From a bacterium (GTDB lineage Bacteria; Patescibacteriota; Minisyncoccia; UBA6257; GWB1-50-10): a stretch of DNA of 56,088 nucleotides. Every line of letters starts with the position of its first letter. The first letter of the stretch is position 1. Positions 1 through 10,066 of the stretch are shown piece after piece. Both the position numbers and the translations under genes were made by a program. Location: positions 1 through 56,088 of the forward strand of contig JAKANQ010000003.1 in NCBI GenBank assembly GCA_021812365.1, given 5' to 3'. The notes beneath the pieces were generated by a model, which made no database searches, had not been told where the DNA came from, and saw only the letters and a program-made list of their open reading frames with translations.

Positions 1-199
1 TGAGGAGCATTTTGATATCGCGTTTTTCATCATTAATACGGTAGCGGTATTCATCGGCGTGTACTTGTTCATCAAATATAACGAGCCCCAGTGGGTTCCC
101 ATACTGGTCATCGAATACACATGGGCGTTGGATAATATGCGCCACAATAGGCCATAACCGTATTGTGCGCGGGTGTCTATGATGTGATATATTGCAGAT

Positions 200-883
200 A
201 TGAGAAAAGTAGCCATTTTTGATATTGACGGGACCATCTTTCGGTCCAGCCTTCTCATCGAAATAACGGAGGCATTGATTCAAGAAGGAATATTTCCGTC
301 CAAGGCTCAAAAAGTATACGCGTCTTCGTATAAGAAATGGCTTGATAGGAAGGGAGATTACGACTCCTATATCAATGCCGTGGTGAGGGCCGCGGAAACC
401 TATATCGTTGGCGTGGAAAAGAAGGAATATTCCCGCATCGCGCGGAGAGTCGTTTCGTTCCATAAGAATCGCGTCTATCGATATACGCGAGACCTTGTCG
501 CCGAACTGCGAAAAAATAATTATTACATCATTGCGATATCGAACTCTCCAAAGGAGATGGTAGACGCATTTTGCAAGACGATGGGATTCGATAAATCATA
601 TGGGCGCGTGTACGAGGTTGATGAGCTTCGCCGATTTACCGGCAAGACGCATCTTGAGCTTTTTGATGATAAGGCCGAACTTTTGAAATTTATCGTAAAG
701 AGAGATGGGCTTTCATTGAAAGATTCGGTGGGAGTCGGGGATTCAGAGGGGGACATTTCCTTTTTGGGGCTTGTATCAAGGCCAATATGTTTCAATCCGA
801 ATTCCAAATTATATAATCATGCGAAGAAAGAAGGGTGGAAGATAGTCGTTGAGCGGAAAGATATGGTGTACCACCTTCATTAA
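200..883 (+). CDS. HAD-superfamily (IB, SerB-like) phosphatase
   Basis: Motif I FDIDGT, motif II SNS, motif IV GDSEGD, C-terminal NP. Confidence 0.85.
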   Translation: MRKVAIFDIDGTIFRSSLLIEITEALIQEGIFPSKAQKVYASSYKKWLDRKGDYDSYINAVVRAAETYIVGVEKKEYSRIARRVVSFHKNRVYRYTRDLVAELRKNNYYIIAISNSPKEMVDAFCKTMGFDKSYGRVYEVDELRRFTGKTHLELFDDKAELLKFIVKRDGLSLKDSVGVGDSEGDISFLGLVSRPICFNPNSKLYNHAKKEGWKIVVERKDMVYHLH

Positions 884-885
884 AT

Positions 886-1221
886 ATGAATTCTCCGCTT
901 CATCATCTTCACATCAGAAAACGCATCTATCGCAATTTGGAGGAGTTCCCTCATAGGGTTGCGTGGAAGAGACGTTTCGACCGGTGTATGTATGCAATCG
1001 CCATTTTTTCTCCATTGGCCACAGTGCCTCAGATCTATGATGTGTTCGTACGCAGATCGGTGGCCGGCATCTCGGTAACTTCTTGGACCTTATACGGACT
1101 TTTGAATTTTGTGTGGGTTGCGTACGGAATCATTCATAAGGAAGCTCCCATAGTCATTTCGAACATCATATTCGCAATATTCAACTTTTCTATCGTATTT
1201 GGCGTTCTCATATTCAGATAA
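886..1221 (+). CDS. SemiSWEET / PQ-loop family transporter
   Basis: Three hydrophobic helices, TVPQ (PQ motif), GIS..W, YG..., PIVISN. Confidence 0.8.
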   Translation: MNSPLHHLHIRKRIYRNLEEFPHRVAWKRRFDRCMYAIAIFSPLATVPQIYDVFVRRSVAGISVTSWTLYGLLNFVWVAYGIIHKEAPIVISNIIFAIFNFSIVFGVLIFR

Positions 1222-1236
1222 TTTCTATTCTACGGC

Positions 1237-1270
1237 AAAGGGGAGCGGCGTTTATGAACGCCGCCCTTTT
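1237..1270 (+). terminator. Intrinsic terminator
   Basis: GCGGCGTT-TATG-AACGCCGC hairpin followed by T-tract. Confidence 0.7.
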
Positions 1271-1330
1271 ATTCAATGAATATTTATACACAATCGCTAA
1301 TATTCGAAAGTAGTATACTAATGGCAGATT

Positions 1331-1975
1331 ATGGAAGAGCTCTTTATTGACCGCATAGATGCTGCGCGACAATTGGTGCCGCTTCTTGCGAGATACCGTA
1401 ACAGCCCCGACGCTGTCATACTTGGTCTTCCGCGCGGAGGAATGATACTCGCCGATTATGTGGCAAAAGAATTGAATCTTCCGCTTGATTTCGTAATAGT
1501 CAAAAAGGTTGGTGCTCCTAAAAATGAAGAGCTGGCAATAGGAGCGGTTACCGAAGATAACATAAGTTATTTCGATTGGAATCTTATTCGGGACATCAAT
1601 ATATCTACGGAATATGTAGATGAGGTGGTTGAACGGAAGCGTGGCGAGATTGAGGCGCGCGTATCAAAATACAGGAAGGTAGTACCGCAAAGAAATTTAC
1701 ATGGGAAGATAGCAATTATCGTTGATGACGGGATTGCCACGGGTTCAACCGCATGTGCGGCGGCATGTTCGGCGATTGCGCGAGGCGCGAATAAGGTGGT
1801 GATAGCGGTTCCTGTTGCATCAAAGGAAAGCATTCAAACCGCAAAGAAGAATGCGAATGAGGTGTACTGTCTTTTCGAACGAGCGCGTTTTGGCGCAGTT
1901 GGGCAATTCTATGAAAAATTTCTCGAGGTGAGCGACAATGAAGTTCTCGCGCTTATAAAGGCGTACCAATCATAA
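1331..1975 (+). CDS. Phosphoribosyltransferase-family protein
   Basis: LGLPRGG, VKKVGAP..EELAIGA, PRPP loop IVDDGIATGST, VGQFY. Confidence 0.9.
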   Translation: MEELFIDRIDAARQLVPLLARYRNSPDAVILGLPRGGMILADYVAKELNLPLDFVIVKKVGAPKNEELAIGAVTEDNISYFDWNLIRDINISTEYVDEVVERKRGEIEARVSKYRKVVPQRNLHGKIAIIVDDGIATGSTACAAACSAIARGANKVVIAVPVASKESIQTAKKNANEVYCLFERARFGAVGQFYEKFLEVSDNEVLALIKAYQS

Positions 1976-2877
1976 TGTCCTATTTATTATTCAGCACCAA
2001 TACCAATAGTTCGCTTGCAAATGCGATTGCGCATATCGTCGGAATGCGCATGGGGAGGTGTGTCGTGTCCGAGTATCCCAACAGGGAGGTTCATATACAA
2101 GTGTATGAATCCGTAGAGGGGAAGGACGTGTTCGTATTGGGGTCCACGTTTTCTCCCGCTGAAAACATCCTTCATCTCGCGATAATGATAGATACGCTTA
2201 AATTGCATGGGGCGAAGTCGGTAAGCGTGCTCATTCCTTTTTTTGCGTATGGCCGTTCCGATAGAGTTGATAAACCCGGAGCGTCCGTGTCGGGACAGGT
2301 CATTGCCGACATCATCCAAGAATGCGGTGCTACAAGGATCATGACCATCAATATTCATAGCGCCTTTGCGGAACAATTTTTCATCGTACCGTTCATCAAT
2401 ATGAGCGCCCTTACGCTCTTGGCGGACGCGGTACGCCGCGTGAAGATTCATAATCCTATCGTTGTTTCGCCGGATGAGGGAGGTGTTCGCCGCGCGAGGG
2501 AATTTGCACTTGCGCTCGGCATTCCTGACGTGGTCACCATTTCCAAGGAACGAACCGATTCCGGAAAGGTGAAGATATACGCGGTGTCGGGTGAGGTAAA
2601 GGCAAGAGATGTCATCATTGTGGACGACATCGTTGAGACGGGAGAGACGATGGTGTGCGCGGCAAAAAGGTTAAAGCAGATGGGCGCAAAGAACATATAT
2701 GCGGTTGCAGTTCACGCGGGACGCGAGGGTGGGGGGATGCAAAAACTTGTAAGAGCTCGCGAACTCAAGAAGATATTTGTGACTGATACGATACCGCCCA
2801 AGCGGCCATTTTCTAAAAAGATATCCGTCATTTCCGTAGCTCGCTTGTTCGGCGAGGCCGTACAAAGGTCGGATTGA
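1975..2877 (+). CDS. prs: Ribose-phosphate pyrophosphokinase
   Basis: PFFAYGRSDR, VVSPDEGG, IIVDDIVETGET, TDTIP; overlaps the upstream stop (TAATG). Confidence 0.9.
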   Translation: MSYLLFSTNTNSSLANAIAHIVGMRMGRCVVSEYPNREVHIQVYESVEGKDVFVLGSTFSPAENILHLAIMIDTLKLHGAKSVSVLIPFFAYGRSDRVDKPGASVSGQVIADIIQECGATRIMTINIHSAFAEQFFIVPFINMSALTLLADAVRRVKIHNPIVVSPDEGGVRRAREFALALGIPDVVTISKERTDSGKVKIYAVSGEVKARDVIIVDDIVETGETMVCAAKRLKQMGAKNIYAVAVHAGREGGGMQKLVRARELKKIFVTDTIPPKRPFSKKISVISVARLFGEAVQRSD

Positions 2878-2884
2878 TGATATA

Positions 2885-3100
2885 TTGAGTATGAAAAATA
2901 TAAATTACGATCTTTTAAAATTACTCCATTCCAAACTCGATACCGTGTGGCGATTGGAAAAATTCTATGTGCGGGATGCGGATGACGCGAAGTGTCACAG
3001 TAAGGGCGCGTTGGAGCAGATTCTTAAGGAAGAAAAGGAGCATATCGCAATGCTGCGCCAGGAGATAAAGGGACGCATTGATGCCGGCATTTTTGACTGA
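2885..3100 (+). CDS. Small two-helix ferritin-like protein
   Basis: YDLLKLL...VWRLEKFY..DA and EEKEH (ExxH) on amphipathic helices. Confidence 0.55.
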   Translation: MSMKNINYDLLKLLHSKLDTVWRLEKFYVRDADDAKCHSKGALEQILKEEKEHIAMLRQEIKGRIDAGIFD

Positions 3101-3112
3101 TATTTCTTTGTT

Positions 3113-4957
3113 CTAACGAGACCTAAAAAGACGCATCGAATTCATTATTGGGATGAAGTCGGTCAGGAAGTTATAGGCGGCCGCTCCTTCGGGGCCGATG
3201 ACGCGGGTAATCACGAGTATGAGACCCGCGATATTGACTGCACCCCAAATGATGAAGTTCTGCATTACCACGCGCATGGTGTCATTTCCAAGCTCTATCA
3301 TTTCCGGAATTTTTGAAAAATCATCCTTCATAAGCGCAACATCGGCCGCTTCGATTGCCGCATCCGAGCCTATGGTTCCCATCGCGATGCCGACATCGGA
3401 TAGGGCAAGCGCGGCGGCATCATTCACGCCATCTCCCACCATCGCCACCTTCTCTTTCTCTCCAAGGTGCGATTTTAAAAACTCAAGTTTTTGTTCCGGA
3501 AGCATATTTGCATGGAATTCCGTGATGCCCACTCGTTCCGCGATTCTTGATGCGATCTTCTCATTGTCTCCCGTGAGCATGATTATCGAGCGTATGCCGA
3601 GTTGTTTGAGGCGGGTGATGGCCGACCTTATCTCAGGACGGACCTCATCCGCCGAAGTTATCATTCCTACCGCCTTATTATCAACCGCAAATATGTTTAT
3701 ATTGAGGCCGCGCATCTCCGCTTCGTGTATCGCTTCCGCCGCTTCTTTTGAAAACGCGCCCGTTTTTGATTCTATAAAGTGAATATTTCCGAATGCGATC
3801 GTTCTATTATCCTTTATTGCTTCAATTCCTTTCCCTGGAAATTCTTTTACATGGTCAGGCTTCTCGATGCGAATTTTTTGCAATTTTAAATGGTCCGCAA
3901 TAGCGCGCGAGACGGGATGCTGCGAGTAGACTGTGGTAAGGCCCGCATATCGCAATACCTCTTCTTTTGAATGGCCTTCGAACGGACGTATGTCCTGTAC
4001 CATTAGTTTTCCCAATGTAAGCGTTCCTGTTTTGTCTACAATGATCGCTCTCACGTTCGTGAGTCCTTCAAGGAAGTTTCCACCTTTTATGATGACGCCG
4101 CGCCGTGCCGCGTTTGCGATTCCCGCGAGAAAGCCCATAGGTATCGCGATTGCAATATCGTCCGCGCACGCGACAAGAAGCAGCGAAAGGAGAAGTGGAA
4201 GATTATGGAATATCCCATAGATGAGAAGCGAACTTAGAAGCATAATGGCGATATACCACGCGGCAAATCTATCCGCGACTGTTTTTATCCGTGCCTTGCC
4301 TTTTTGCGCGCTTTCTATGAGTGCAATGATGCGTTCAAGGGTCGTATCGTTGCCGATTCGTTCCGCGCTCATTATGAATGAACCTGATGCCAAGAGCGTG
4401 CCGCTCCATACTTTGTCGCCAACTATCTTAGTGACGGGGAGAGATTCGCCCGTGAGCGTTGATTGGTCCACTTCGCCATCTCCTTCCTGTATCATGCCGT
4501 CCACCGCAATACGTTCCCCCGCCTTCACTATGATGAGGTCTCCCACCGCAATCGCTTCAACCGGAATATCTTCGATGGCCTCGCCTCGTTTTATGCGCAC
4601 CGTTTTTGGTCTGAACTTCAATATGCTTTCAATGGCATTTCGCGCTCGTACCGCCGTGTAATAGTCGAATAGGCGGGCAGAGGTAAGCATAAGATTTATG
4701 AATGCTGCAGAACCCCATTCCTTTGCGAGAATGGATGCGAAAAGCGCAATGCTCGCCAACAGGTCAACGGATATTTTTTTGTTGCGAAGCGATTTTATCG
4801 CGCTCAAGAACACCGGCACGAATCCGCTTATGGAAGCAAAAAAAAGAGCGGCGGTATCATATGCGGCGGGTATCGCTTTCAAGTAGTGAGCGACGAGCAA
4901 TATTAAAAGAGCCCCAAAGAGGGCAATATCGAATATCGGCTTCTTTTCTTTCTCCAT
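3113..4957 (-). CDS. P1B-type heavy-metal ATPase, non-canonical CADD transmembrane motif
   Basis: TGES, DKTGT, SQHP, TGDN, GDGVNDA; no N-terminal HMA domain. Confidence 0.92.
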   Translation of the reverse strand: MEKEKKPIFDIALFGALLILLVAHYLKAIPAAYDTAALFFASISGFVPVFLSAIKSLRNKKISVDLLASIALFASILAKEWGSAAFINLMLTSARLFDYYTAVRARNAIESILKFRPKTVRIKRGEAIEDIPVEAIAVGDLIIVKAGERIAVDGMIQEGDGEVDQSTLTGESLPVTKIVGDKVWSGTLLASGSFIMSAERIGNDTTLERIIALIESAQKGKARIKTVADRFAAWYIAIMLLSSLLIYGIFHNLPLLLSLLLVACADDIAIAIPMGFLAGIANAARRGVIIKGGNFLEGLTNVRAIIVDKTGTLTLGKLMVQDIRPFEGHSKEEVLRYAGLTTVYSQHPVSRAIADHLKLQKIRIEKPDHVKEFPGKGIEAIKDNRTIAFGNIHFIESKTGAFSKEAAEAIHEAEMRGLNINIFAVDNKAVGMITSADEVRPEIRSAITRLKQLGIRSIIMLTGDNEKIASRIAERVGITEFHANMLPEQKLEFLKSHLGEKEKVAMVGDGVNDAAALALSDVGIAMGTIGSDAAIEAADVALMKDDFSKIPEMIELGNDTMRVVMQNFIIWGAVNIAGLILVITRVIGPEGAAAYNFLTDFIPIMNSMRLFRSR

Positions 4958-5068
4958 ATATCCTTATATTACTACTTTCATTTTTTTGAATCTAATAAGG
5001 AGTGTGCATTCTGCGGGCTTAACTACGCATTTTTTGTTATTGAGATTGAGTGGTATCATTCATACGAA

Positions 5069-8047
5069 ATGCACGACGAAGAATTCAAAAAGCGATATGC
5101 CGCATTGAACGCGGCGCAAAAGGAGGCGGTCGATGCGATTGAGGGACCCGTGATGGTGGTTGCCGGTCCGGGCACCGGTAAAACGCAGATATTGACGCTT
5201 CGCATCGCGAATATTTTGAAAAATGCCGATGTGAATCCGGAGAATATCTTGGCACTCACATTCACCGAGGCTGGCGCCACCAATATGAGGAAGCGTCTTG
5301 TTGATATCATCAGCACCCCCGCCTATTCGGTCATCATCAGCACCTTTCACGGGTTTTGTAATTCGATCATACGCGACTATCCCGAGGAGTTTCCTCATAT
5401 CATCGGTTCCGAGAGCATCACTGACGTTGAACAGATATCACTCATAGAGGACATCATTCAAGAGGGGGAATTCGCCATTCTAAGACCGTTCGGCGATCCG
5501 TTCTATTATACGCGGACCGTCTTGTCCGCGATCAACAATTTGAAGCGTGAGGGAGTGGATCCTGACGCGTTTCTTGCGATAGTGAATAAGGAAAAGAAGC
5601 GATTTGATGAATCGCCCGATCTCTACCATGAGAAGGGGCCGCATAAAGGCAAGATGCGCGGAGAGTATCAGGAGGAATTGAAGAGAATCAACAAGAATAT
5701 CGAGCTTACGGACCTCTATCGCACATATGAGACGCGTCTTCGCGAGAATAAATTGTATGATTACGCGGATATGATAATGGAGGTTCTTCGCACGCTTCAG
5801 AAAAACAAGGACATCCTCCTCATTTTGCAGGAGAAGTATCAGTACATCCTCGTTGATGAGCATCAGGATACCAACAATGCGCAAAACGGAATATTGGAGC
5901 TCCTGTGCAATTTCCACGAGAATCCGAATATATTCGTGGTGGGCGATGAGAAGCAGGCCATCTTCAAATTCCAAGGTGCCTCGCTTGAAAACTTCCTCTA
6001 TTTTAAGAAGGCGTATCCTGAAGCGAAGCTCGTCATATTAGAGGAGAATTATCGTTCAACTCAGCATATTCTCGATTCAGCACATTCGTTGATTCCGGGT
6101 AAGCGCGAGCTTATTGCCCGCGCGCACCATGAGAATGCGCGTATTCGTCTTTTTGCGTTCTCTCGTTCCGACGTTGAGGCGTATTTCATTGGGGCGGACA
6201 TTCGAAAGAAGATCGATTCGGGAACCCCACCCAACGAGATTGCGGTGCTGTATCGGGATAATGCGGATTCGATTGCTTTGGTGAGAATGTTGGAACGAAT
6301 CGGTATTCCTTTTACCGTGGAATCGAACGACAGCGTACTTCGCGACAATGATATACGAAAACTTCTTGCGTTGTTGCGTGCGGTAAGTGAATTCGGTAAC
6401 GACCGTTATGTGGCTGAGGCGATGCATGTTGATTTTTTGAAACTTGATGTGCTTGATGTCTATAAGGTGATAGCCGAAGCCGGAATGAAGAAGGTGTCCA
6501 TCTATGACGTATTGCGCTCTGATGCCGCCATTCGCGCACTTTTGTTGAATGATGAGAGGGGCCTTCGTCATTTTTACGGCGTACTGTCCGAGTTGGCAGT
6601 TGCCTCGAAAAATAAAGGTCTCCAGGAATTTTTCAGTGATTTCATACGCACGATAGGATTCATGTCACATATTCTTGCGCTTCCCGATGCGGTGGAAAAG
6701 ATGGAAAAATTGAATGGGTTCTATGACGAGATACAAAAGGTGACCGAGCGGCATCCCAATAAGACGCTGAAGGAATTCCTTGAGCATATCGACACGATTG
6801 AGACGCACAATTTGAATATAGAAAAAAGTTCTTTCGGCGGCACGACAAATCGCGTACGCCTTATGACCGCGCATAAGTCGAAAGGATTGGAGTTTGAGCA
6901 CGTGTATATCGCGGGCGCGTTCGATGGGCACTGGGGAAACAAGACAAGGAGGGAATCTCTCAAGTTGCCTCGCGTGGTGTTCGCATCACTCAATGAGACC
7001 GGTTCGGATGACCCGCTTGATGATGAACGCAGATTATTCTATGTTGCGCTCACCCGAGCCAAGAAGACCGTGACCGTTTCTTACGCAAAGGAGAGCATAT
7101 CGGGGAAGGAGCAATTGCCATCCGTCTTTTTGGGTGAGATGCGCGCCGAGTTGTTGGAAGAACAACGAGCGGATGAGATTGAGTCTGAATTCGCATCAAA
7201 TAAGGGAATCGTGTTCGCCGAACCGCAAGTGGTATCGGCGAGTGCGAATGATGCGGCATTCATTCGCGAGCTCTTCTTGCATCGAGGATTTTCCGCAACA
7301 TCGCTTAATAACTATCTCAGCTGCCCATGGAAATATTTCTATCAGAATCTTTTGAGGATTCCGGCCGCAAAGACAGGGCATCTTATGTTCGGTACCGCGG
7401 TTCATGGAGCACTTCAGGATTTCTTCAATGAGGTGAGTGAGGGCAAGAACGCCTCAAAGGAATTCCTGCTTCAAAGATTCATAGCTCATCTTGAACGCGA
7501 ATCATTCAGGGAAGAGGAGATTGTTGAGTGGAAAAAGAGGGGCGAACACGCTCTTGCGGGATATTATGACGAATATGCAGGCCGCTTCGCGACCAATGTA
7601 AGAACGGAATTGGATATAAAAGGGATCTTGCTTACTCCTGAGATCAAACTTTCCGGAAAGATAGATAAGCTGGAAATTTTAAATGAAAAGAACGAGGTGA
7701 ATGTGGTCGACTACAAGACCGGTAAACCGAAATCGCGCGGCGATATAGAGGGGTCCACGAAGAATTCCGATGGCGATATAAAGCGTCAACTCGTGTTCTA
7801 CAATTTATTGCTCAATAACTACGAGGACGCTCGATATAAGATGATATCCGCCGATGTCGATTTCGTTGAACCGACGGAAAGCGGGAAGTACAAAAAGGAA
7901 CCGTTCACCATCCTTGAGGAAGAAGTCAAGGAATTGGAAGGGGTGATACGGAAATCCGCGGATGAATTATTGTCGCTTTCGTTCTGGAATTCGCGCTGCG
8001 AGGACGAAACATGTGAGTTTTGCGAATTGCGTGAAATGATGGGGTAA
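5069..8047 (+). CDS. UvrD/PcrA-family helicase fused to a C-terminal PD-(D/E)XK nuclease
   Basis: AGPGTGKT, VDEHQD, VGDEKQAI, NYRST, TAHKSKGLEF, YVALTRAK; C-terminal SATSL..Y..CP, GKIDKL, VDYKTG, C..C..C. Confidence 0.92.
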   Translation: MHDEEFKKRYAALNAAQKEAVDAIEGPVMVVAGPGTGKTQILTLRIANILKNADVNPENILALTFTEAGATNMRKRLVDIISTPAYSVIISTFHGFCNSIIRDYPEEFPHIIGSESITDVEQISLIEDIIQEGEFAILRPFGDPFYYTRTVLSAINNLKREGVDPDAFLAIVNKEKKRFDESPDLYHEKGPHKGKMRGEYQEELKRINKNIELTDLYRTYETRLRENKLYDYADMIMEVLRTLQKNKDILLILQEKYQYILVDEHQDTNNAQNGILELLCNFHENPNIFVVGDEKQAIFKFQGASLENFLYFKKAYPEAKLVILEENYRSTQHILDSAHSLIPGKRELIARAHHENARIRLFAFSRSDVEAYFIGADIRKKIDSGTPPNEIAVLYRDNADSIALVRMLERIGIPFTVESNDSVLRDNDIRKLLALLRAVSEFGNDRYVAEAMHVDFLKLDVLDVYKVIAEAGMKKVSIYDVLRSDAAIRALLLNDERGLRHFYGVLSELAVASKNKGLQEFFSDFIRTIGFMSHILALPDAVEKMEKLNGFYDEIQKVTERHPNKTLKEFLEHIDTIETHNLNIEKSSFGGTTNRVRLMTAHKSKGLEFEHVYIAGAFDGHWGNKTRRESLKLPRVVFASLNETGSDDPLDDERRLFYVALTRAKKTVTVSYAKESISGKEQLPSVFLGEMRAELLEEQRADEIESEFASNKGIVFAEPQVVSASANDAAFIRELFLHRGFSATSLNNYLSCPWKYFYQNLLRIPAAKTGHLMFGTAVHGALQDFFNEVSEGKNASKEFLLQRFIAHLERESFREEEIVEWKKRGEHALAGYYDEYAGRFATNVRTELDIKGILLTPEIKLSGKIDKLEILNEKNEVNVVDYKTGKPKSRGDIEGSTKNSDGDIKRQLVFYNLLLNNYEDARYKMISADVDFVEPTESGKYKKEPFTILEEEVKELEGVIRKSADELLSLSFWNSRCEDETCEFCELREMMG

Positions 8048-8087
8048 TCATTTTTCAAAAGGAACATTGTGTGGTATTAGTGTATAT

Positions 8088-8297
8088 ATGAAGCATCTTT
8101 ATAGAAGCAAAGAAAACAAGGTCTTGTTCGGAATTTTGGGTGGCATAGGCGAGTACTATGATATCGATCCCGCGCTCGTTCGCCTTGCGTTCGTGTTCTT
8201 GACCTTATTTGCCGGCGTCTTCCCGGGCATCATTGCGTACTTCATCGGTATATTCATCGTGCCGAAGAGGCGCCATGAGGAGAAGAAAGACGCATAA
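8088..8297 (+). CDS. PspC domain protein
   Basis: LYRS..NKVLFGILGGIGEYYDIDP.LVR, single TM; start chosen at ATG 8088. Confidence 0.85.
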   Translation: MKHLYRSKENKVLFGILGGIGEYYDIDPALVRLAFVFLTLFAGVFPGIIAYFIGIFIVPKRRHEEKKDA

Positions 8298-9052
8298 TGC
8301 AGAAAAAAAATACATCATGGGGAGGTGTTGCCGAGTGGTACAACGAACTTCTCGAGAAGGAGGGGACATACCAGAAGGAGGTGGTGCTTCCCAATATATT
8401 GCGCGTGCTGCGTTTAACGAATGACGACACGGTTCTTGATCTTGCGTGTGGCACGGGATTTTTCTCGCGCGCCTTCGCGGGGGTTGCGGGGAAGGTGATA
8501 GGAGTTGATGTGGCAAAGGATCTTATTGCGATTGCAAAACAAACACCGCAAAAGAACATCGCCTACAAAATATCTCCGGCTCATAAATTGGATTTTTTGG
8601 AATCAAGGAGTGTTGATAAGATAGCGCTTGTGCTTGCCGCGCAAAACATCGAAGAGCTCCAAAAAACCTTTGCGGAATGTGCGAGGGTACTGAAGCCTGG
8701 TGGTATGATGGTCATCATATTGAATCACCCCGCGTTCAGGATACCTAAGCGCTCAAGTTGGGGATGGGATGAGAAGGAGGGGGCGCAATATCGCCGCATC
8801 GATGGCTATATGTCGGAGGCGACCGAAAAAATTCAGATGCATCCGGGTGATAAGCCTTCCGAATATACTCTTTCGTTTCATCGTCCGTTGCAGGTTTATT
8901 TCAAAGACCTGAAACGGGGAGGATTCGTGGTGCGAGGATTGGAAGAATGGATATCCCACAAGAAGAGCGAACCGGGACCTCGTGCCGCGGCGGAAAATAA
9001 GATTCGGAAAGAGATTCCGATGTTTCTCATGATCGAGGCCGTTAAATCATAA
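8297..9052 (+). CDS. Class I SAM-dependent methyltransferase
   Basis: VLDLACGTG, LKPGG, HP.F, FHRPL. Confidence 0.88.
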   Translation: MQKKNTSWGGVAEWYNELLEKEGTYQKEVVLPNILRVLRLTNDDTVLDLACGTGFFSRAFAGVAGKVIGVDVAKDLIAIAKQTPQKNIAYKISPAHKLDFLESRSVDKIALVLAAQNIEELQKTFAECARVLKPGGMMVIILNHPAFRIPKRSSWGWDEKEGAQYRRIDGYMSEATEKIQMHPGDKPSEYTLSFHRPLQVYFKDLKRGGFVVRGLEEWISHKKSEPGPRAAAENKIRKEIPMFLMIEAVKS

Positions 9053-9071
9053 CGATACGCATACTGAACAT

Positions 9072-9527
9072 ATGGAAGAAATAATACAAAAAGGAAAAAA
9101 GGTGAAGGAGCCTCGCAAAGAACTTTTTTCCGAGCGCATCACCAAATGGATAGGTTCAACGAGTTCGCTTGTCGTTCACTCGATATTCTTCATAACCTCT
9201 TTTTCGTTGGTCTTCGCCGGTGTCGCCACCGATATGGTTCTTCTTATATTGAATACCATAGTGTCGCTTGAGGCGATCTACCTTGCCATCTTCATTCAGA
9301 TGACGGTGAATCGACAAGCGGAGAGTTTGGAAGACGTTGAGGAGGATATCGATGAGATTCAGGAAGATGTGGAGGAAATAAGCAAGGATATCGATGAGAT
9401 ATCCGAAGATATCGACGACATCCAGGAGCATGATGAGACTAAGGAGGGAGCATCACTTGATAAGATAGAGGCTATGCTTCGAAAAGCGGTTGAGGACCTG
9501 GAAAAATTGAGGGGTCAGATGAAATAG
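9072..9527 (+). CDS. DUF1003-like membrane protein with acidic coiled-coil tail
   Basis: Two TM helices, VSLEAIYLAIFIQM..NRQ, repeated D/E-I heptads. Confidence 0.7.
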   Translation: MEEIIQKGKKVKEPRKELFSERITKWIGSTSSLVVHSIFFITSFSLVFAGVATDMVLLILNTIVSLEAIYLAIFIQMTVNRQAESLEDVEEDIDEIQEDVEEISKDIDEISEDIDDIQEHDETKEGASLDKIEAMLRKAVEDLEKLRGQMK

Positions 9528-9550
9528 TTCAGATGGCGGTGCGTATATGA

Positions 9551-9577
9551 AAAAACCCCGCGATGAGCGGGGGTTTT
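9551..9577. terminator. Bidirectional terminator; member of a three-copy hairpin family
   Basis: AAAAACCCCGC-GATGA-GCGGGGGTTTT between convergent genes. Confidence 0.75.
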
Positions 9578-9583
9578 GGGTAC

Positions 9584-10066
9584 TTAGCCGATGTGGCTTG
9601 GTACGATCACTTGAATGGAGTCTTGCGGCCGTTTCGTGCCGAGGGGGTCAACGCCGATATTCGCCACTCCGTTCAGGTCGATGAGCAGCATTGCGACAAA
9701 GTATTGATCGCAATCTCTGAAGAGAAAAAGCGACAATTTGTGTATCTTTCCGAGCTCGTCTTTGTGGTGGTGGACGATGCTTTTGATCTGATGCTGGGTG
9801 AAGCAGAGCTCATCCAAGTCATGCGAGAGGGAGGCGAATATCTGCGTGAATTTCGCACTCGCGCGCGTCTCGTACGCTCGAATCCTCGTCTCCTTGGTGC
9901 CGACCGCTTCGTTCTCGTCGGAGAGGCTTTGAAAATCGGGGTCGATATAGAAGAACACATCACTTGCGTCTGCGATTCGTTCCTTCCCACTTTGTGCGGG
10001 AATCACCATTTCTTTCTCCGATACACATTTGAGTGGGCGGTTCGTAGGGGATGTGTGCGGCGGCAT
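9584..10066 (-). CDS. Hypothetical protein (orphan, own promoter and SD)
   Basis: 160-aa ORF; AAGGAG before ATG 10066; TTGACA-17-CAAAAT upstream; hairpin downstream. Confidence 0.7.
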   Translation of the reverse strand: MPPHTSPTNRPLKCVSEKEMVIPAQSGKERIADASDVFFYIDPDFQSLSDENEAVGTKETRIRAYETRASAKFTQIFASLSHDLDELCFTQHQIKSIVHHHKDELGKIHKLSLFLFRDCDQYFVAMLLIDLNGVANIGVDPLGTKRPQDSIQVIVPSHIG

